From: Barthelona sp. PAP020
Lineage: Eukaryota
Reading direction: 5' to 3'
Assembly: GCA_040182905.1 (NCBI GenBank)
Contig: JARQWU010000085.1
Coordinates: forward strand, 1 to 36,246
DNA length: 36,246 bases
A program made the position numbers and the translations under genes. The number at the start of each line of letters is the position of its first letter. Position 1 is the first letter of the stretch. The notes under the pieces are model-generated. The model was not told the DNA's origin. It saw nothing but the letters and a program-made list of their open reading frames with translations, and ran no database searches. Below, in pieces: positions 20,189 through 28,286 of the stretch.

Positions 20189-20692
20189 TTAATCAATAGA
20201 TTCATAACCATTAGAATTTAAAGTACTTCCCCTATAATTGGAATTGAATCTTTGAGATAGGGAATCATTAATTGAATTGCCAAAATTTACAACTCTTTGT
20301 GAAACACCGTAAGAATGATCTATTTCTTGTACTTTTTGAAAGGTTTTTTGAGAAAAATCACTGATTGCAGAAACAACTGTTGAAACAACTTTATTAAATG
20401 TTGAAATTTGATTATCATTATTTCTTTCACCATATCTTTGAGCTGTTAATCTGTTGGAATCAATAATTGTACCATTCAATTCCAAAACTCTCAATGCAAT
20501 GTCTTCCTCAAAAACATAAACTAAAGCAATATCATCTAATAAATAATCGATTCGTTGAAATTTCCCACAAGATTCAATTAATCGTTGAAAAGATGGAGAA
20601 TCTAAAGGTACAGGATGAAAACTTATACATATCAAAGTTCTTTGAGGAGTAGAAGAACGAAATTGTTCTGAAGAAAAACCTTCAATACCCAT
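20189..20692 (-). CDS. Divergent RRM protein, Vip1/BPA1-like
   Basis: SCGKFQRI...ALRVLELNGTIIDSNRL resembles the Vip1/BPA1 RRM, and is followed by the helical KVQEIDHSYGVSQRV motif typical of that family. Confidence 0.6.
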   Translation of the reverse strand: MGIEGFSSEQFRSSTPQRTLICISFHPVPLDSPSFQRLIESCGKFQRIDYLLDDIALVYVFEEDIALRVLELNGTIIDSNRLTAQRYGERNNDNQISTFNKVVSTVVSAISDFSQKTFQKVQEIDHSYGVSQRVVNFGNSINDSLSQRFNSNYRGSTLNSNGYESID

Positions 20693-20772
20693 GAAAAGAA
20701 AAAAATCTGAACGAGAAAAGAAAAATTCTCCCCCAAAAGTGATTGGTTCAAAAATTTCTTCAACATGATTTC

Positions 20773-22227
20773 ATGGATTTTGATTTGAGATCAGATGAAA
20801 TAATAGCTAGTTTTATACCTTCAGATGATGAAATTTCTTTGAAAAGAAATCCCTTTGAAGAAAATGATACTTTGAGCACTTTGAGTGATTTTGATTTGTC
20901 AGATTATGAAGAAAGTGAAACACAATCATTGATAGTATCTGAATTGGATTCATATGATATCAATAATGCAAAATCAGTTTTTTCATTTGAAGAAGAAGTC
21001 GAAAAAGATATTCCTACAAATGATTTAGCTTGTACACCCAGTAAGATTAAATTATTAAATAATTCATTGAAGAAATTCTTTCAGATAAAGACACCCACCA
21101 TTATTTTACTCACTGGACCTTCTGGAAGTGGAAAATTTACAAGTTTAAAAGCAATTTGTAAAGAAAATAATTATGAATTGATCTTTGAAGAAGAAATAGT
21201 TCTTACTTTTAACAATGAATTTATAAGCAGGGAATTTGTGAATTTGAAGGAGAAGATTTTTGCTTATAATCGACCTAGATTATTTTTTAGCAATAAAAAA
21301 GTGTTTGCTGTTCGGATTGAGCAGGTCGAAACAAATGATTTGTTTAAAATTTTTTTGAAACAAATTTTGAAGTTTTCAAAAAGTTTAAACTTTCCCATTG
21401 TTTTAATTTTAACTCTACAATCGACTTCTACAATATACAAAATATTTGATTTCAAAATTTTGAATGATTATCGATTTAAACATGTTGAATATAAAGCGAT
21501 TTCCGATAGTAAGTTGAAACGAGCACTTCAAAGGTATTGTATAATGAATTCTATTAATTTATCAAGCCAAGTTCTAGGAAATCTGGTTGATTTTGCTAAA
21601 GGAGATATTCGAAAGGCTATCAATCAATTAACGTTCTTTCATTCACAAATTTATGATGTAACATCAGATCATGTTGTCACAAACCATCATTTTGTTGCTA
21701 AAGTCTTGTATAACAATCGTTCCCCGTATGATAATAACCACACATGTTCAAGGTTTGATCATCCTTTAGGTACTTCAAATTATATTATTCCAAAGTTATT
21801 TCATGCAGCTCCACAAGGTTTTAACACCATTGAAAATTCCATTCTTGAAAACATCTGCGATTTCTTTGATTTAGATTCTTTGGTTGATATGTACAATCAA
21901 TGGTCAATATTGGACCAAAAAATTGACTTTGGTTCAAACAACTTTGATCAAGGCTTTTCAAACACACAGAAAATACAAAATTATGCAAAGTTTCAAAACT
22001 TTTTCACTTCAAACAAAACGTCACAATCTGAAAAAAAAAGTTTTAAAAAGATTAAACCCTCAAATTATTATTTATTGCAAAAAAACATTTTTGATACAAA
22101 AACAAAATCAAGACAATTATTTGAGCAACAAGACCAATTAAATAGTAAGGAATCTTATGAATTAAAAGTTAATTTAAGTTTAAAAAAGAGAAAAGAACAT
22201 CTTTTTGAGGAGATTGAAGAAAAGTAG
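20773..22227 (+). CDS. RAD17: RAD17/Rad24-like checkpoint clamp-loader subunit (AAA+)
   Basis: ILLTGPSGSGK P-loop, PIVLILT, GDIRKAINQL (RFC box VIII) and HFVAKVLYNNR (compare Rad17 GKILYxKR). First in-frame ATG is at 20773. Confidence 0.8.
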   Translation: MDFDLRSDEIIASFIPSDDEISLKRNPFEENDTLSTLSDFDLSDYEESETQSLIVSELDSYDINNAKSVFSFEEEVEKDIPTNDLACTPSKIKLLNNSLKKFFQIKTPTIILLTGPSGSGKFTSLKAICKENNYELIFEEEIVLTFNNEFISREFVNLKEKIFAYNRPRLFFSNKKVFAVRIEQVETNDLFKIFLKQILKFSKSLNFPIVLILTLQSTSTIYKIFDFKILNDYRFKHVEYKAISDSKLKRALQRYCIMNSINLSSQVLGNLVDFAKGDIRKAINQLTFFHSQIYDVTSDHVVTNHHFVAKVLYNNRSPYDNNHTCSRFDHPLGTSNYIIPKLFHAAPQGFNTIENSILENICDFFDLDSLVDMYNQWSILDQKIDFGSNNFDQGFSNTQKIQNYAKFQNFFTSNKTSQSEKKSFKKIKPSNYYLLQKNIFDTKTKSRQLFEQQDQLNSKESYELKVNLSLKKRKEHLFEEIEEK

Positions 22228-22713
22228 TCATGATTCAACAAATTCCAATAAATATTGAAAATATTTTTCTTTTTCTTCTTTGTTATTGAAATCTTTTGGA
22301 ACAAATGACCAAAAAGCAATATCTTTTTCATCAAGCGGAATGTATGGTCCTTCTTTGATTTCTAAAACACTTGATCCTTCTTCCACACAAATAATGGTAT
22401 GAAAATGTGAAAATGGTATATCTATTATCCTTGTATCTGTTGCACTTAATTTATAAACACCTTTAATATTTCCTTCATCTTCAAAAATTATCACATACAT
22501 TATTCCACTTAACCAACATAATGTCTCCGTTCTTTTATGAATTAAATGACGGTGTGGTGGAACAAAAGTACCTGGCTCCAAAGCGTTAACAAAACGATGA
22601 ATTGTGTCACACTGTTTATGCAAATTGTAATTCATTCGCTTCCTTTCAACATTTTTAGCTTGATCACATAGTTTGTAAATATCAAAAGAAGTGACATTTT
22701 GAAGGTGATCCAT
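22228..22713 (-). CDS. WbuC-family cupin-fold metalloprotein
   Basis: RKRMNYNLH...RFVNALEPGTFVPPHRH...ETL...G...IFEDEG...HTI...LEIKEGPY matches the bacterial WbuC cupin pattern. Confidence 0.85.
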   Translation of the reverse strand: MDHLQNVTSFDIYKLCDQAKNVERKRMNYNLHKQCDTIHRFVNALEPGTFVPPHRHLIHKRTETLCWLSGIMYVIIFEDEGNIKGVYKLSATDTRIIDIPFSHFHTIICVEEGSSVLEIKEGPYIPLDEKDIAFWSFVPKDFNNKEEKEKYFQYLLEFVES

Positions 22714-22809
22714 TTTAAAAGAACTTTTTTCAAAGTTTTGTTTTTTAATCTTTCATTTCCCATTTGGTTTTTTTTTCATTTAAAACGTATGTTTTTTCAA
22801 TCCTTATTT

Positions 22810-22893
22810 TCAATGATGAATTTTATTTCCTGTGGTTCTGACTATATATATGCCTTTAACACATGAGAGAGAATTTTTTATGGAACGCTGATT
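22810..22893 (+). ncRNA. Probable box C/D snoRNA
   Basis: Box C ATGATGA 22813-22819, D' CTGA 22838-22841, C'-like ATGAGA 22863-22868, D CTGA 22888-22891. The guide TTCCTGTGGT before D' is complementary (one G-U) to the conserved eukaryotic LSU rRNA sequence ACCACAGGGA. Confidence 0.6.
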
Positions 22894-22987
22894 TTTTTTC
22901 TACCTTTTAAAGAATTTATTCTAATATTAAGTTAACCAAAGTCTGTTTTATTTTTCAATCATAAAAAAAATATTTGCATTTTTTTCA

Positions 22988-23188
22988 ATGAACCCTCTCA
23001 ATTCCGTTTGCAATGATGAAAAAACAAAAGATATATTGTCAAAGATAGAAAAATTAACTTCTAAAGATCGAAAAACAATGAGTTTTGTGAAAGAAGTTAA
23101 ATATGGAGCTGTTCAATCTGTTTCACACACGGTAACTCCACGTGATCGAGGTTCAAATTTAACGATATTTACCACACCAAATAATTGA
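22988..23188 (+). CDS. Small hypothetical protein (66 aa)
   Basis: ATG in the same T-run-CA-ATG context as the kinase gene, and less AT-rich than its flanks. No recognisable family. Confidence 0.45.
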   Translation: MNPLNSVCNDEKTKDILSKIEKLTSKDRKTMSFVKEVKYGAVQSVSHTVTPRDRGSNLTIFTTPNN

Positions 23189-23460
23189 GAAGACCTCTGT
23201 TTGTTCACAAATTTAACTTATTTATTTCCTTTAATTGTTTTTTTTTACATTTTTTGTTTGACATTATCATAATTTGTTCAATAAATTCTCAAAATACCCT
23301 TTTCAGTAGATTTTTTTGGACTGATTTTTTGTCCAAGAAAATGCAACAATTATTTGACCACAATTTTTATTTTATCAAATGTATAACATTATTTGACACT
23401 GTTTTTTTTGTTATAAAAAATTGTTTGAATTGGCTCTTTTTTTTAATAATCTTATTTCAA

Positions 23461-24135
23461 ATGAATTCTCCATATTCAGATACACCCCAAACAAAAAATT
23501 TACTTAGTACCATACCTTATAATCCTATTGAGGAGAAAGATCCTTCATTAATTGATAATCTTGAAATAGTTTTTGATCGTGAACTTACAATGGAGTTAAG
23601 ACCACAGTCACAATCTACAAATCGTGGCCAACAAGAGGCCATCAAAGTTAAAGTATTAAGAAATACTAAAACAAATTACATGACACGAATTGAATTATCA
23701 TCCGAAAGAGATTTATTTTTCCATTATATTTTTAGTGTAGATGAAAGAACATGGGCTCAGTTAAGCGAAAATCAAGGATTAAGAATAGATTTTTCTGAAT
23801 TTGCTGAAACAGTAGTGAAAACTTTTGAACAAATTGTGGAAAACCCTGAATCAAAACATGCTATTTTTCTTGTAAGTGATGATTGTACACATGGCCGTTT
23901 AGATATGGTTCAAAACATGGACTTTAAGTTTATTGAATTGATGAGTTTGAACTTTGAAGTTTCAAATGAAGAGTACATTAGAGAACAAATTACATATAGA
24001 TACAACAGTCTTAAAAATCAGATGCACTTGTTGCAAAATAGACTTAGAGAAATCAACGACATGCTCAAAGGACATCCTAGTTTATTGCGACAAATTCGCA
24101 AAAGAGTTTTAGCTCTTCCAACAAAGAAAATTTGA
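23461..24135 (+). CDS. SAS6L: SAS-6-like protein (SAS6L; head domain with only a short coiled coil)
   Basis: DPSL...VFDREL.MELR, IELSSERDLFFHY, Q.L.IDF, RLDMVQNMDFKFIELMSL, REQITYRYNSLK and HPSLL. It is 224 aa from ATG 23461 and lacks the long coiled coil of true SAS-6. Confidence 0.85.
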   Translation: MNSPYSDTPQTKNLLSTIPYNPIEEKDPSLIDNLEIVFDRELTMELRPQSQSTNRGQQEAIKVKVLRNTKTNYMTRIELSSERDLFFHYIFSVDERTWAQLSENQGLRIDFSEFAETVVKTFEQIVENPESKHAIFLVSDDCTHGRLDMVQNMDFKFIELMSLNFEVSNEEYIREQITYRYNSLKNQMHLLQNRLREINDMLKGHPSLLRQIRKRVLALPTKKI

Positions 24136-24408
24136 AGAAAAAATATTGTGTAAAAAAGACCTTTTTTTTTAATTAATGGGTTAATTTATGTTTGTTTTAG
24201 GTTTCTTCTTTGTAAAATTTAGGTTTAATCGATAATTTTTGGTAGAACCCAAAAAATGGAAATAACCATGAATATTATCAATTTATAGTCATATACACCG
24301 AAATACAAAACATTATTCTCAAAACAATGAATAAGAAATCGAGAATGAAGCAGCCACAATAATCAACTTGATTTCCCACATCACCTTTCTTTTATTTTTT
24401 ATTTTTTT

Positions 24409-24840
24409 ATGGCTCATCGTCTGTCTGAACCGATTTTAAATCTTGAGTTGGTTGCTAATGAACCTTTGATTTGTCCTTATTTGGCAGAGAATTTGGATTC
24501 TGTTTTTTCCACTGGTTGTCAACCGAAAGAATTATTAAAAACATTTACTCATTCATTTTCAGAACATTTTAATACAATTTTATTACAATTAAAAGAAGAA
24601 GTAGCTGATTTTGAGATGATTCATTCATCTGCTCATACATTAAAAGGGAGTACTGGTACTATGGCTTGTCGTCGATTATATGTTACTTTTTATTCAATAG
24701 ATTATCTTAGCCAGCAATTAATACAAGATCCTAGTGATTCTCGAAAGTTAAAGCTTTTAAAAAAGTTTGCCAAAACTGCCAAGAATACATATTATGATAG
24801 TCTAAAAGCTTGGAAAGCTCGTTGGGTTCCAAAGAAATAA
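24409..24840 (+). CDS. Stand-alone histidine phosphotransfer (HPt) protein, Ypd1/AHP-like
   Basis: 143-aa helical protein with SAHTLKGSTGTMA, matching the HxLKGS phospho-acceptor motif. Confidence 0.85.
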   Translation: MAHRLSEPILNLELVANEPLICPYLAENLDSVFSTGCQPKELLKTFTHSFSEHFNTILLQLKEEVADFEMIHSSAHTLKGSTGTMACRRLYVTFYSIDYLSQQLIQDPSDSRKLKLLKKFAKTAKNTYYDSLKAWKARWVPKK

Positions 24841-25003
24841 GTTTTACAGTTAATATGTTATGTTCCTCTATTTTGCTTGTTGTTTAATTTGTTGTATGTA
24901 GATGTTGGTGGATTTTACTGTTATGTTTTCAAATTGTAAAATATTTAAATCTTTATTATTATTTATTTTAAGTCATAAGAAAAAACCACGATGAAAGATT
25001 GTT

Positions 25004-27463
25004 ATGAATGTTGAATTTATAATAACTGATTGTCCTCTATGGAAAAGTATTAAATCTATTGATTCAAAAGGAACAAATTTTGCCCAAATTACTCAAAATG
25101 ATATATTTCTTTATAATTATTCAGAAAAACGATATAAATCGTATCTTAATTTGAATGATAATTTAGAAACATTAATATTTATCAATGAAAATGAATTATT
25201 GGTTTCCAATGAAAATAAGTTATTTCATATATATATAATAAACAATAAATTTTCTAATAAATATGAAGAGTACATATATAATGTGAAAATAAAGTTTATG
25301 AAAAAATTTGATGAACAAATTTTTCTTTATTCTGATGATGGTTTCGTTTATCAGTTAATTATACCTAATTATGATCAACATTATTGTAGAAAATGGAAAA
25401 TTTTTCCAAAAGCTAATTATCTCAATATGATAGATCTTGAAGATAAATTATTTGGGATAAGTTTTCTTAAAGAGGAAATATTTGAATATATTGAATTAAA
25501 TTTAGAAACTTTTCGATATGAACGAAAGTTTAAATTGATATTTAAGGGAAAATTGTTGAATATTATTTTTTATGAAAAGAAGAAGTGTTTTGTGTTTGAA
25601 TCCAATAATAATAAAGTGTGCATACATCAAATTGACTTATGTAGCACTAACAAACGGTTGATTTTTGAGTATTTGATCAAAAAAAAAACTTTTGTTCCCA
25701 AAGCATTTTTTTATAATAATATCTTGTATTTTTCGACTGAAAATGAGTTGAATTCATTGGATATACAAAGTATTAGTGATATAGATCAAGTTGAAGTGAA
25801 ATGTTTGAAACGAATGAACAGAATAGCTTTACAACTAATTCATTCAATGGATACCAGTTACAATAGATTGTTAATATTAACAATGGATAGAAACATTGAA
25901 ATTATGGAACTTTATCACAATGAGAATAATTTTCATTTGGTTGAATTTGAGTCTAAGCATACAGTTTTTCACATTCCCAGTGTCATTGAGAAGGCATTCG
26001 TTTTCCATCAAAAATTGATACTGAAATATTCCAACTTTTTTCAAATCATTTCAATTGATGTTTCAAACAAAACAATAGGCAATATATTGACTGTTTGGAA
26101 AAATTTGAAAAATTTCAAACTTTTAGACATAGTCGTTCATAATAATAAAATTTTGGTTTTGATTTCCAAGAGTGTTCGAGAAAAGACCAGTGCCAAGGAT
26201 AAGAATAATTCAGTGATAAATGAATGGATATATGCATATAATTTTGATGGAGATTTACTTGACAAAACAAAAGTTACGTTTTTTGGTTGTACTAGATTTT
26301 TTTCAATTGTTTTTAGTTCAAAAAACATTTCAAAAAATTTGAATTCTTTAATTTTTCAAGGAAATAATGAAAATTCTTTGGCTTTTGTTGATGAAAGTTG
26401 TGAAAGTTTTGAAACGTTTCAAACATTAAATTGGACCAGTAAAATCATTGGTGTTAGCTTTTTTAATGGTTATTTAGTGATATTAGACAGTAGAAAGAAT
26501 GTTTCTGTTGTTGATTTTGATCAAGAAAACGAAAAATTTGAAATCATCAAAAGTTTCAAATTTGAATACAAGCCAATTAAATTTTTGGAATTTTTTTCAG
26601 CAAATCATTTGATAATTGTCTGTGAAAATGATTTTTTTTGTATTGATGATCATTTTGAATTGATTGAGAATGAAGAAGCATATTTATTGACGAATATCTT
26701 TGATGCGATAATTTTTCAAGAAAAATACTTGGTGATTGCTAATTATGAGGGAAAATTGACCATATTTGATCTGATATTGAGAAAGACAATCAATGTTATC
26801 TATTGTCATCAATTTTTGTCATTAACTGTTATTTTTGATACCTTTCTAATAGGTATTGGTACACAACAAATTTATTTCTTTTCATTGTTGGATCTTCTTT
26901 CATTTTCACAATTATCCAATGGTAATGACACCTTTTCAATTGTAGAAGAAAGATATAAGGAAGAAGTTCAAGAAGAAGAAGAAGAAGAGGCAGAAGAAGA
27001 AGAAGCAAAAGAGAAAAAGGAATTTTCATCTCAAATTGTTGAGAAAAACCCAGATTCAATCTTTCGAAGATTTATGGAAAATAGAATGTTTGAAATGTTT
27101 AAAGGACCAAATATTGATTTGTCACTTGAAAACCTAGCAATTTCTGGCATTTTTGGATTTGATATTTGGAAAGACTTGGCTGAAAGATATGCAATGAAAT
27201 ATCAATTTGAAAATCCGACGTTTTCAAGTCTTTTGATGGTTTTGACAGGAAATGTAAGGAATGCATTTATCACTTTAGTCAAAAATCAATATTTTGCTGA
27301 TGCTATTTCTTTGTTGAATGAATATCAAGTTTTGATCGATAATGAGGATGTTGAATTGAAAAAATATATATCTATTTGTTTGTCTGAATGTAAAAAAAAT
27401 CCAAACATTCAAAAATATAAAAGTTTTATCGAAAAATATGCTGATATAACAATGAAAGAATAA
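25004..27463 (+). CDS. Divergent beta-propeller (WD40-like) protein with a Gemin5/WDR17-like helical C-terminus
   Basis: About 640 aa of short beta-strand-like repeats (for example LVIANYEGKLTIFDL), a poly-Glu linker, then LAISGIFGFDIWKDLAERYA...GNVRNAFITLVKNQYFADAISL. Confidence 0.55.
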   Translation: MNVEFIITDCPLWKSIKSIDSKGTNFAQITQNDIFLYNYSEKRYKSYLNLNDNLETLIFINENELLVSNENKLFHIYIINNKFSNKYEEYIYNVKIKFMKKFDEQIFLYSDDGFVYQLIIPNYDQHYCRKWKIFPKANYLNMIDLEDKLFGISFLKEEIFEYIELNLETFRYERKFKLIFKGKLLNIIFYEKKKCFVFESNNNKVCIHQIDLCSTNKRLIFEYLIKKKTFVPKAFFYNNILYFSTENELNSLDIQSISDIDQVEVKCLKRMNRIALQLIHSMDTSYNRLLILTMDRNIEIMELYHNENNFHLVEFESKHTVFHIPSVIEKAFVFHQKLILKYSNFFQIISIDVSNKTIGNILTVWKNLKNFKLLDIVVHNNKILVLISKSVREKTSAKDKNNSVINEWIYAYNFDGDLLDKTKVTFFGCTRFFSIVFSSKNISKNLNSLIFQGNNENSLAFVDESCESFETFQTLNWTSKIIGVSFFNGYLVILDSRKNVSVVDFDQENEKFEIIKSFKFEYKPIKFLEFFSANHLIIVCENDFFCIDDHFELIENEEAYLLTNIFDAIIFQEKYLVIANYEGKLTIFDLILRKTINVIYCHQFLSLTVIFDTFLIGIGTQQIYFFSLLDLLSFSQLSNGNDTFSIVEERYKEEVQEEEEEEAEEEEAKEKKEFSSQIVEKNPDSIFRRFMENRMFEMFKGPNIDLSLENLAISGIFGFDIWKDLAERYAMKYQFENPTFSSLLMVLTGNVRNAFITLVKNQYFADAISLLNEYQVLIDNEDVELKKYISICLSECKKNPNIQKYKSFIEKYADITMKE

Positions 27464-28286
27464 GCCACTCTTTCTTTTCATAATAATAAAGCCAAAAAAA
27501 AATACTGTGTTTGTCAAGTCACAATCATCACAAAGAATTGGCATGTTGGTTGTGACTCTTGTAAGGGAATCAAACCTCATGTATCAAAATGTACTAATCT
27601 GATTTTTTTCCCCTATTTTAATGGAAAAATTAATTTATTTGTTAAGTATCCATTATTCATTTATTTCTATTTAAGACTAAACCATGTAAAGTTGAATTCA
27701 GCAATATATGTTGAGTGCATTTTTATATTAAAACACACAAACATTTCTAAAAGTTATACAAGATTGAAAAGAAAACAATTACGCCTGATAATTGAATCTG
27801 TACTCAATTTACAGGCCACAAGGTCTTAAGGGAAGTGGTCTTGTTTATAAGGTAAAGAATTTCGATCCAAGGAAAAATAACTAACAAATGAATGGCTGGT
27901 GATGTTGAAATATAAGTTTTGTTTTGGAAACTGCCAATTTTTCAGATTTGTTTCTGGGTTGAAACAATTTACTTTTTCTTTTTTAACCAATATGGATAAT
28001 TGTTCCCTTTAGGAACCTATGTTTATTATTATTATTTTTTGGAGATATGTAAATTGTGTTGCATTATTTTATTATTGTTGATTATCAATTGTTCTTCAGA
28101 AAGCTAATGATGTGAAGTTCATATTTTGAGTGAAGATAATTTGGTTAAACAATGATATTTCAATTAACATTCTAATTCTCATCATCTTAGTGCTTAACAA
28201 AATTTACACCGTTGAATGGGATGATTTCATTTGAGAAAAAGAACAAAAAATATTGAATAAAAAGATTTTGATAAAAAGGAAACTTT

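Noticed and set aside
22850..22880. TGCCTTTAAC plus AATTTTTT as U5 snRNA loop I and Sm site
   Set aside because: Loop mismatch, no closing stem and spacing too short. The C/D box reading explains the region better.
28096..28185. Minus-strand ATGATGA...CTGA 90 nt apart as another C/D snoRNA
   Set aside because: No clear internal boxes or terminal stem, and only a 9-bp or mismatched rRNA complement. Plausibly chance in AT-rich DNA.
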